In this document: positions 26,101 through 32,731 of the stretch, one piece after another | Layout of the letters: each line of letters begins with the position of its first letter | Numbering within the stretch: the first letter of the stretch is position 1 | Assembly: GCA_944392435.1 (NCBI GenBank) | Contig: CALXWQ010000002.1 | Location: forward strand, 1-35,564 | DNA length: 35,564 nt | Origin: an uncultured Clostridia bacterium | GTDB taxonomy: Bacteria > Bacillota > Clostridia > TANB77 > CAG-508 | Direction: 5' to 3' | Translations under genes and position numbers: made by a program | The notes under the pieces: generated by a model | Told to the model about the DNA's origin: nothing | Databases searched by the model: none | What the model saw: only the letters and a program-made list of their open reading frames with translations

Positions 26101-28137
26101 TGCATTTGTATACTCAAGTTTTACTTTGTTTATTCCTGTTGGTGCTAATGTATCTAATGTAATATCTGTATTTAAAACTACTATTGCTCCCTTATATTCT
26201 GCATTAATTGCATATTCTGTTTGATTTCCTTCTAGTTCTACATTTATAACATATCTACCATTTTCTTGTGTAACATTTGAGCTCTTTATTTTTAATCCAT
26301 TTGCTAATAATATGTTTGAACTCTTTAAATTAAATTCTTTTATGTTTTCTGGTAATGTTATTTTTAATGTAGGATTTTTAAATAAAGCATTATATTCATT
26401 TGATGTATCAAGTATTACTCTTATTTCTACATTTTCATTTTTTACTACTGTTGTTAAATCTTTTTTACTTACTTCTAATTCTACTTTTGTTTCTGTTTCT
26501 TTTAATAATGTTTGCGCTTTAGATGTAAAGGTAGTTGTATTTGTTTTTCCTTCCAATTCCATTTCTAATTTTTTGAAGTTTTTCATTTGGTCTTTAGAGT
26601 AATCTATGTTTCCCTTAAAAGCTTTTACAATATTAAATTCTAGTTGTCCCTCTGTTTTAGGTGCTGTTGTTTCTATTATAATATTGTTATTGTTTTTGTC
26701 ACTTATATCTATTGAATATATTCCATTTGTTAATGTAGTATCTTTATTTATTACTCCTAATTCTTTTCCATTACTATCTTTTATTGTTATTTTTCCATCT
26801 TCGCCTAATATTTTATTAAATATTGCTTGACTAATTTCTATTCTTTTATTATATGCATAATTACTTTCTCCAACAGTTGTAGCTCCTTTTGACTCATCTT
26901 CTGTTAAGAAGTTGTCATATTTTTGAATGAATTGTATTGTACTTACTAATTTTGAACTACTTATTGTTGCTACATATTTATAGCTGTATTCTTGTTCTAC
27001 TTTTTTATCTGTGTCATAATTTGCATATATAAATCCTTTGCTTATACTCTCTGGTGCAGATACTGCAAAATCTGTTATAGCTTTATAGCTTTCTGTATAT
27101 TTTACTGGTACTTGTACTTCTTGGTTTTTAATTAAGTCTTCATTATTATATAATGTAACATTTGCTTTTACTGCTACTGTACTGTCTATTCCATTTGTAT
27201 TTGCAAAGTCATATACCTCTTTTCCCTCAAAAAGATATGTAACTAGATATTCATCAGTTTCTCCTGACTTCCATGAAATACTATCTGGTAAATTTGAAAC
27301 ATTTATATTTACTATTCCACTTTCTTGATTGTATGTGTAATTAGTATTGTTAAAATCTAGTCCATTATTTTTTCCATTTGTAGCTTCTGTTTTATTTGCA
27401 ATTACAGTTACTAATGTAGGTTTAAGATTGTTGATTGTTGGAGCTGTTACTTCTATATTAGTATTTTTTACTGGTAATATAGCATCTTTTATGCTTGTAT
27501 TTACCTTAGTTTGTACTAATACTCCATATTCATCTCCTACTATGTAAGGAACATATTTTGTGTTTTCAGCAGTTAGTAATAATTCTGCATCACCTTTCCA
27601 CGCTAATTTATTGCTTACTTCTTTGGTTATGTCCTTTTTATTTCCTTCACCATCAATATATGTAGCTGTAAACTTTGCTAAGCTTTCTTTGTTAAAATAA
27701 TCAATTGCTACATTTTCTTCTTTTAATATTTGTATTGGAAGTTCCATAGTAATATCTGAGCCATTTTTTATTTTGTTTAGTATAATCTTATTTCCTTCTA
27801 TGCTTTGTATATTTTCATTTGTAATTCCATCTTTAAGTTTAAAATTTGCATTTTGGAATTCTACTATACCATTTTCCAAATACCCTTCACTATTAACTTT
27901 AATTTTCATATACAATTTAGCATTATCACTGCCTATATCTAATGTTTGAATGTGTGTGTCACCTTCAAAAGAAACATTAAACTCAACATTTTTGTTGTTT
28001 GTTTTAGAGTCTTGTGTACTTAACTCTTCATCACTTAGTGCATATGCCAATGTATATTCTCCTAACAGCAATAAATTTGCACTTGTTAGCACCATAACTA
28101 AAATTAATGCAATTACTTTTTCAAATAGTTTACTCAT
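23143..28137 (-). CDS. Very large surface protein (~1,664 aa): signal peptide, Ig-like repeats, at least three DUF11/CARDB-like repeats, one SdrD-B-like domain, C-terminal TM plus basic tail
   Basis: Start ATG at 28137 with GGAGG 5 nt upstream. Signal peptide ...LLLLGEYTLAYA. DUF11-like example: VTYKFTVKNNGESTARGVKIVDELPEGLDFV. SdrD-B-like block: ISGTAWIDSDMNGKRDTGE...VFLLNKTTG...SGSYQFNNLPNGEY. The stop is 16 nt before the next gene's ATG, so the two form an operon. Confidence 0.85.
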   Translation of the reverse strand: MSKLFEKVIALILVMVLTSANLLLLGEYTLAYALSDEELSTQDSKTNNKNVEFNVSFEGDTHIQTLDIGSDNAKLYMKIKVNSEGYLENGIVEFQNANFKLKDGITNENIQSIEGNKIILNKIKNGSDITMELPIQILKEENVAIDYFNKESLAKFTATYIDGEGNKKDITKEVSNKLAWKGDAELLLTAENTKYVPYIVGDEYGVLVQTKVNTSIKDAILPVKNTNIEVTAPTINNLKPTLVTVIANKTEATNGKNNGLDFNNTNYTYNQESGIVNINVSNLPDSISWKSGETDEYLVTYLFEGKEVYDFANTNGIDSTVAVKANVTLYNNEDLIKNQEVQVPVKYTESYKAITDFAVSAPESISKGFIYANYDTDKKVEQEYSYKYVATISSSKLVSTIQFIQKYDNFLTEDESKGATTVGESNYAYNKRIEISQAIFNKILGEDGKITIKDSNGKELGVINKDTTLTNGIYSIDISDKNNNNIIIETTAPKTEGQLEFNIVKAFKGNIDYSKDQMKNFKKLEMELEGKTNTTTFTSKAQTLLKETETKVELEVSKKDLTTVVKNENVEIRVILDTSNEYNALFKNPTLKITLPENIKEFNLKSSNILLANGLKIKSSNVTQENGRYVINVELEGNQTEYAINAEYKGAIVVLNTDITLDTLAPTGINKVKLEYTNANDVATNAQGTLEQDVNYVAPVGVIAANEISNYKDNMPSVTSISGETKTVEIDTYSNKRTATIDGTIVNNYQNEIGNVVILGRIPAQGNKKIDADEELGSTFNMMLSTAIGVAGIDSSNYTIYYSDNQNATNDLQDANNGWSTEAKTSSKSYMIVFNNDFKMQEGSKFEFEYNVEIPENLEPNQKSYSMYKVYYDNNSEIGTMPESKVSPVMGVDTGKGPELEIELSSTADVVREGQYVKMRANVKNIGSTDVEGIKLTAQKPEYTTFLKYGVGNGYYEVEGDSITLDVGNLKAGESKEIGYYIKIDDDTTMLTIDIEDQENLTPEEEEAIEKAESFPKEITNVLTATANGFEGQIKSNEYKLQIQDGSISMQTFSYITDGQVLKTGDTVIYCIELTNISDEKTLNNTTVKMQLPQGMKYESGYVKDTWSSEEQVSDGISYDESTNMLTINVGSLERMKVIELNAKVENLEGNFSVMPTATADGIEEQYSNILENKAEKPDLEISELTSSPRYVKETENVTYKFTVKNNGESTARGVKIVDELPEGLDFVEAKYTYANQEEKVTTLKNGKVEFTISVLEPGQTIEISIIAKANLLPDKNDKEVINRVSVSAISFDEVQTNEVSNIIEYYEDAHNGNTGGGTSGNNRHKISGTAWIDSDMNGKRDTGEQRVSDIQVFLLNKTTGSIVKDPDSNEDKITTTSQSGSYQFNNLPNGEYLVVFVYDSSNYSLTEYKKAGVDESYNSDVIDVNITINGERRIAAITDTITINGDNARDIDIGLYTANRFDLRLDKTVSKITLATPTIGTQTYEYNHDLAKVELLGQNVGKSSAVIEYKIAVKNEGSVPGYVSKIVDYLPEKVSFNTELNPDWYLSDNGNIYNSSLANEVIKPGETKEVTLIVSLQITQDVLGSMYNDAEIYEAYNDQGLQDIDSTPANEAESEDDMSQATVVVSLVTGKIVMYTSISLVVIALIGFGIFEIKKHVLNGKNK

Positions 28138-28169
28138 AATAACCTCCATTTTTTATAACATATAAATAT

Positions 28170-28198
28170 ATTATACGACATTTTTATTGTTTTTTCAA
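28170..28198 (-). promoter_or_regulatory. SigmaA-type promoter of the giant surface-protein operon
   Basis: The minus strand reads TTGAAA-17 nt-TATAAT (plus-strand tttcaa 28193-28198, attata 28170-28175). It lies ~33 nt upstream of the ATG at 28137. Confidence 0.6.
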
Positions 28199-28227
28199 TA
28201 TTTTTGCCAACTTTTTATGTAGATTTT

Positions 28228-28267
28228 GTTACTCTTTAATTCAGTTTACTGTTTTATAAGAGTAAAC
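28228..28267. repeat. Compact hairpin resembling the outer arms of X copy 1 but without the X core
   Basis: GTTACTCTTTAATTCAGT-tt-ACTGTTTTATAAGAGTAAAC. GTTACTCTT/AAGAGTAAC and CAGT/ACTG pair. Compare GTTACTGTTCAGT...ACTGAACAGTAAC around X copy 1. Confidence 0.5.
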
Positions 28268-28533
28268 ATGTATTTTTTATTTATGTTTTTCTTTTTTATT
28301 CCTTATAATTTTCAATAATATAGGTTTATTTTAGCATCTTTTGTCTAGTATTTCAACAAATTCTTCTAGGTGTCTACCTTTTATACTTTCATTTCTTTTT
28401 ACGGAAATAAAGTATTTAAGCGAAATATTAAATTTATATTACATTTTTGTTACAAGCATGTAAATTGTCACACTTTTTAACTTTTTGAATATTATATTAT
28501 AGTTTTCTAACATATATTATATTAAGGTTAATA

Positions 28534-28709
28534 GTTTGAAAGTAACAACTCAGGAGGTATTAATTTATAATTCGTTCTATTTCGCTGGTAGATATATATT
28601 GTGGTCTCCATGTATTCAAACAATATATATGCCACATGAAACTACATTATAGTAATATTATAGCAAACTTTTTAGAGTTTACTATCTTCTGAGTTGTTAC
28701 TTCCGAAAC
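28534..28709 (-). repeat. Family X element, copy 4 (opposite orientation): core 28567-28650 enclosed by outer inverted repeat 28534-28553 / 28689-28709
   Basis: The reverse complement of 28567-28650 is ATAATGTAGTTTCATGTGGCATATATATTGTTTGAATACATGGAGACCACAATATATATCTACCAGCGAAATAGAACGAATTAT, which matches copy 1 at roughly 73 of ~90 positions by hand alignment. Outer arms AAGTAACAACTCAG / CTGAGTTGTTACTT are 14 bp perfect, extendable to ~20 bp with one mismatch and one bulge. Confidence 0.8.
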
Positions 28710-28730
28710 TAATTTTGCCTTAGGAAGGAA

Positions 28731-28739
28731 TGATATAAT
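28731..28739 (+). promoter_or_regulatory. Extended -10 box upstream of the small-ORF cluster
   Basis: TGATATAAT lies 22 nt after the outer arm of X copy 4. Confidence 0.35.
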
Positions 28740-28778
28740 TTGAAAAATCAAAATAATAATATGAATATGGGTGAACTT

Positions 28779-28907
28779 ATGAGTATGCTTGCGAAAATGG
28801 ATAAAAATCAATTGGAGCAGGGGTTAAATCAAGTAAGCAAAATGTTAAATTCTAAAGATGCTGATGCTATAATAAATCAGATTAAAAAGAATAACTTTAC
28901 AGAATAA
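28779..28907 (+). CDS. Possible small protein (42 aa; 48 aa if started at 28761)
   Basis: Hand-translated ORF not in the track: (MNMGEL)MSMLAKMDKNQLEQGLNQVSKMLNSKDADAIINQIKKNNFTE. GGGTGA lies 5 nt upstream of the ATG at 28779. It follows an extended -10 box at 28731-28739. Confidence 0.3.
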   Translation: MSMLAKMDKNQLEQGLNQVSKMLNSKDADAIINQIKKNNFTE

Positions 28908-28944
28908 TAGTTAAAAATATATATATCTTGAATTGGAGGTTATT

Positions 28945-29373
28945 ATGAGTGATAATGATATGAATAATATAATGAATCAAATTAATAATATGATTAAAAA
29001 TAATGAAATACCTGATGATTTAAAAAGTATTATAAATGGTTTCAAGCCTTCTTCAAATTCAAGCAATAAAAATACTAAACTAAATGGTTCTGGTAAAAGC
29101 AATTACAGTCAAAATAGCTCTAGCGAAAATAGCAAAGATAATTCTTCTGAAATTCCTGACATAGACATTAATACTATTTTAAAAATGAAACAAATAATGG
29201 ATTCAATGAATTCAAATAAAGATGATCCTAGAGCAAATCTCTTGATGTCTTTAAAACCTTATTTAAAGGATAGCAGAAAACAAAAAGTAGATCAATATGT
29301 AAAATTGTTTGGTCTTGGAAAAGCTTTTGAATTGTTTGGTTCCCTAGGTGGTGAAAATAAAAATGACGTATAA
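28945..29373 (+). CDS. Hypothetical protein with an N/S-rich linker and a conserved-looking basic C-terminal segment
   Basis: ATG at 28945 with GGAGG 5 nt upstream. The C-terminus DPRANLLMSLKPYLKDSRKQKVDQYVKLFGLGKAF resembles small uncharacterised Clostridia proteins I recall only vaguely. Confidence 0.6.
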   Translation: MSDNDMNNIMNQINNMIKNNEIPDDLKSIINGFKPSSNSSNKNTKLNGSGKSNYSQNSSSENSKDNSSEIPDIDINTILKMKQIMDSMNSNKDDPRANLLMSLKPYLKDSRKQKVDQYVKLFGLGKAFELFGSLGGENKNDV

Positions 29374-29668
29374 TTATCCTTTATTTCCCCAGTTTTACCC
29401 AAGACCTTACTATGGTTATACACAAAAAAGCAATTGTAACGTGAATAACAATCATATTAATCATATTAAAAGTTCAAATATTGAGCATGAGAAAAATAAT
29501 TCTAGATCTAAGAATATTAATATTGAAGATGATGTTTTATTTGAAATTTTCGGAATAAAACTGCATCAAGATGATATTTTGCTTATTTGTTTAATTTTCT
29601 TTTTATATAACGAAGGTGTTAAAGATGAGTTTTTGTTCATTGTACTAGTCTTACTTCTATTATCATAA
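29363..29668 (+). CDS. Hypothetical small protein: Tyr/Pro-rich N-terminus, hydrophobic C-terminus
   Basis: ATG at 29363 has GGTGGTGA 8 nt upstream and overlaps the upstream stop by 11 nt, suggesting translational coupling. Sequence: MTYNYPLFPQFYPRPYYGY...DDILLICLIFFLYNEGVKDEFLFIVLVLLLLS. Confidence 0.5.
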   Translation: MTYNYPLFPQFYPRPYYGYTQKSNCNVNNNHINHIKSSNIEHEKNNSRSKNINIEDDVLFEIFGIKLHQDDILLICLIFFLYNEGVKDEFLFIVLVLLLLS

Positions 29669-29673
29669 AAAAT

Positions 29674-29831
29674 AACGAAAGTATATAGATTAATGTGTTT
29701 TAAATTTTAAAAGATGGTAAAGTATTACAATTCACGGCTTGTTAATTATATTTAAAATTTGCGATAAGCAGGCCATGAATTGTAACGGTAAAGTGCGTAA
29801 TTTTTTTATTTAACACGCTAAAAAACACATT
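29674..29831 (+). repeat. Family Y repeat, copy B (interrupted by the Z insertion)
   Basis: AACGAAAGTATATAGATTAATGTGTTTTAAATTTTAAAAGATGGTAAAGT[Z insertion + duplicated GGTAAAGT]GCGTAATTTTTTTATTTAACACGCTAAAAAACACATT. Confidence 0.65.
29724..29786. mobile_element. Family Z: 63-bp MITE-like (miniature inverted-repeat transposable element) insertion with 15-bp TIRs and an 8-bp flanking direct repeat
   Basis: ATTACAATTCACGGC...GCCATGAATTGTAAC (13 of 15 complementary). It is flanked by GGTAAAGT at 29716-29723 and 29787-29794. It interrupts family Y copy B at a point where copies A and C are continuous. Confidence 0.6.
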
Positions 29832-29845
29832 GCCAAAAGGTGAGC

Positions 29846-30463
29846 CTATTCTAAAATAAGCTCATCTTTATCATTAATATATGCTGATGTTTTTACTTTA
29901 CGTATTGTATCGGTATCTTTCTCTATTTCTTTTACTTTGTCTGCAATTCTAATTTGTACTGCTTCTATTTCGGATGCCTCTATAACTGCGTCTTTATTTC
30001 CTTTAGCTCCCGCATGCGCTAGTCCTCGCAATATGCCAAGTACTACTATGTTTTCACCTGCTATAACTTCTGCACCTGCGTTTACATCCCCAATAATAAC
30101 TAGGCTTCCCTCAAATTCTATTCTTTGACCTGATCTTAAAGAACCTTTGTGGAATTTTGTCTCTGAAGTTGCAACTTCTTTATAAAATGTCTTTTTTATT
30201 CCGTGTAGCCCTAGTACTTTTGGGCTGTCAAAATCTATTTGCACATCTATAAATTTTTTTATTAGATTTTGAATTTCATCCATTTCCTTATTTTTTAGAA
30301 TTTTACCTGTAATTAAGATTGGTGTTTTATCATCTTTGTACAAGTTTTTAAGTTCCATCATCTTCTTTTTTAGTTCCCCTATAATTTCTTTTTGTTCAGC
30401 ATTGTCATCAATCTTAATTTCAACTTGATTCTTTTTTATACTAATACTTATACAACTATTCAT
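29846..30463 (-). CDS. minC: Septum site-determining protein MinC
   Basis: C-terminal beta-helix signature GSLRSGQRIEFEGSLVIIGDVNAGAEVIAGENIVVLGILRGLAHAG. GGAGG lies upstream of the ATG at 30463. Confidence 0.9.
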   Translation of the reverse strand: MNSCISISIKKNQVEIKIDDNAEQKEIIGELKKKMMELKNLYKDDKTPILITGKILKNKEMDEIQNLIKKFIDVQIDFDSPKVLGLHGIKKTFYKEVATSETKFHKGSLRSGQRIEFEGSLVIIGDVNAGAEVIAGENIVVLGILRGLAHAGAKGNKDAVIEASEIEAVQIRIADKVKEIEKDTDTIRKVKTSAYINDKDELILE

Positions 30464-30507
30464 CTTGACCTCCAGTTTGTTTCATTTTCTATTTAAGTAC
30501 TCTTTTT

Positions 30508-30600
30508 GACCATTTATTTTTTAGTGTGATAATTTGAAAATTTCTTAAGTATTTAGCATTTTCTTATATTAAAAACGCACTATTTTATACACTTTCTTCA
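30508..30600 (-). repeat. Family Y repeat, copy C (PBP2-minC spacer, inverted relative to copy B)
   Basis: The reverse complement reads GAAGAAAGTGTATAAAATAGTGCGTTTTTAATATAAGAAAATGCTAAATACTTAAGAAATTTTCAAATTATCACACTAAAAAATAAATGGTC. By hand alignment about 75 of ~90 positions are identical to copy A. Confidence 0.7.
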
Positions 30601-30613
30601 TTAGTATATTTTA

Positions 30614-32704
30614 CTACCTAACACTTTCTACGCCAGATTGTGCATTTTTATCTTCTGTAACTTCCTCTGCGTTCATTCCAAAGTACTCTTCCATTATTGC
30701 TTTTGCAACTGAAGCTGTGTAACCTCCAGAGCTTGCTTTTTCTACTAATACGACAACAGCAATTTCTGGTTTATCATATGGTGCAAAACCAACAAACCAA
30801 CCATGTGCTTCTTCTTTTCCATCAGGCATTATAACTTGTGCAGAACCTGTTTTTCCTGCAATGTCCATATCGAAATCTGCAAATGTAGAATAAGCTGTAC
30901 CTCCGGCTTCGCTTGTAACTCCTCTCATTCCTTTCTTAATTGCATCCAAGTTTTCTTTCGAAATTTCAATGTCTTCTTTTACTTCATTTTCAGTGTCCAA
31001 TTTTTCTTTTACAAATTTATCAATTTCTTCTTTTGATACTTCTGTTCCGTCTGGATTTATTATAGATTTTACTATACTTACATCTATATTTTTTCCTCCA
31101 TTAGCTAGCATGCTTACATATCTTGCCATTTGAATTGGAGTAAAATTATTATATGATTGTCCTATTGCTGCTGATAAAGTATCTGATAAATACCATGTGT
31201 ATCCTATGCTTTCTGCATACGCTGTGCTTGCAAGAGTTCCTGAGGCTTCTCCTTCCAATTCTATTCCTGTTCTTTTTCCTAATCCGTATTTTTGCGCATA
31301 TTCTGCAATTTTATCAATTCCTAATCTGTATCCCATTTCATAGAAGAAATAGTTACAAGAATATTTTATTGCTTGTGTTACATTTAAGTATCCATGTCCT
31401 GTTCTATAACTTCTATAATACCAGCAAGCTGGATGGTGTCCATACGGATATACTCCAGTATCATTTATTTTTGTTGTAGGTGTTATTTTTCCTTCTGCCA
31501 ATGCAGCTGTTGCGACTGCCATCTTAAATGTTGAACCAGGTGGCTGTGCACTAGATATTGCTCTATTATTATATCTTCCTGAATTATCGTCAGCCGAATA
31601 TTCCTCAGAGTATCTTTCAGGGTTATAATCTGGATAACTTGCCATTGCTAGGACTTCTCCTGTGTTTACATTCATAACAACTACTGCTCCAGCATCTGCA
31701 TTATGCTTTTTTCCACCATATTTTCCTGCTGCAATATCTTCAATATTTTGTTTTAATGCATCTTCTGCTACTTTTTGTAGATTAGCATCAATTGTTAGCA
31801 CTACATCAGACCCAGCTACCGCTTCCTCTGATATATATTCGCTAGTTATTGCTCCGTCAACGGTCATATCAACTTGTTTTATACCATCAGTTCCTTTTAA
31901 ATATTCTTCAAAAACTTTTTGTATTCCTGACTTTCCTATTATATCGTCATTTCTATACGTATCTTTTCTAGTTTCATATTCTTCTTTGTTTATTGCACCT
32001 ACATAGCCTAATACATGTGAAGCTAAATTTCCTGACTTATATGAAACAGTTGGTTCTGTGACAACATTCATTCCTGCAAGACTTGCATTTTGTTCTCTTA
32101 TCTGTACTGCAGAAATATCACTTATATTTTTTGCAATTGTTACAGACCTTGTACTACTATATCCATTTCTTGATATTTCATATCTAACAGCCATAATTTT
32201 TCTTGCTACTTGTAGGTCATCTGCTGTTATTTTGTATTTATTTTTTAAATAATAAAATACCTGCTCAGCATTATAATTCTCGTCTATGTTATTATTTTTT
32301 TTCCAACTTTTTTGTTCTTCTTCAGACTCTATAGTAAATTCAAATGGTTCAACTTTTATTGGTAAATTGTCTACAAACTCGTCCTTATTTGATTCCAATA
32401 TTTGTACAAATTTTTGTATTGAAGTGTTAAGACCTTCATCATCTACTTTTGTACTATATATTTCAACACTATATCCTGTGTCAGTATTTACTAAATCCAC
32501 ACCTGTTCTATCTTTAATAGATCCTCTAGCAGCTTTTACAATACTCTCTCTAGTAAGCCTTGAGTTAGAAGTTTCTCTATATTCAGCCCCATGTATAATC
32601 TGTAAATTAAATAATTGTATAAGAAGTATTATACCAACTATGTATGTAATTGTTGTAATTATATTATATCTTATTCTTTCTCCAGCTCCACCATTCTTCC
32701 CCAA
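30614..32704 (-). CDS. mrdA: Penicillin-binding protein 2 (elongation transpeptidase)
   Basis: N-terminal TM, PBP dimerisation region, SxxK (GSTFK), SxN (YSCNYF), KTG (AGKTGSA). No in-frame ATG near the start. TTG at 32704 has GGTGGTGA 4 nt upstream. Confidence 0.9.
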   Translation of the reverse strand: MGKNGGAGERIRYNIITTITYIVGIILLIQLFNLQIIHGAEYRETSNSRLTRESIVKAARGSIKDRTGVDLVNTDTGYSVEIYSTKVDDEGLNTSIQKFVQILESNKDEFVDNLPIKVEPFEFTIESEEEQKSWKKNNNIDENYNAEQVFYYLKNKYKITADDLQVARKIMAVRYEISRNGYSSTRSVTIAKNISDISAVQIREQNASLAGMNVVTEPTVSYKSGNLASHVLGYVGAINKEEYETRKDTYRNDDIIGKSGIQKVFEEYLKGTDGIKQVDMTVDGAITSEYISEEAVAGSDVVLTIDANLQKVAEDALKQNIEDIAAGKYGGKKHNADAGAVVVMNVNTGEVLAMASYPDYNPERYSEEYSADDNSGRYNNRAISSAQPPGSTFKMAVATAALAEGKITPTTKINDTGVYPYGHHPACWYYRSYRTGHGYLNVTQAIKYSCNYFFYEMGYRLGIDKIAEYAQKYGLGKRTGIELEGEASGTLASTAYAESIGYTWYLSDTLSAAIGQSYNNFTPIQMARYVSMLANGGKNIDVSIVKSIINPDGTEVSKEEIDKFVKEKLDTENEVKEDIEISKENLDAIKKGMRGVTSEAGGTAYSTFADFDMDIAGKTGSAQVIMPDGKEEAHGWFVGFAPYDKPEIAVVVLVEKASSGGYTASVAKAIMEEYFGMNAEEVTEDKNAQSGVESVR

Positions 32705-32731
32705 TCTATCACCACCTGTCTTGACTAGTTT

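Noticed and set aside
28131-28147. Identical 17-nt translation-initiation region TGGAGGTTATTATGAGT at the start of giant protein 2 (minus strand) and of the 142-aa ORF (28934-28950, plus strand).
   Set aside because: It is just a strong SD plus ATG-AGT in an AT-rich genome. The similarity does not extend on either side, so it is most likely coincidence.
28375-28445. Possible fourth, degenerate Y copy (GGAAATAAAGTATTTAAGCGAAATATTAAATTTA and an inverted ATGAAAGTATA).
   Set aside because: The alignment needs several indels and rests on AT-rich words that could match by chance. That is too weak to call without a statistical search.
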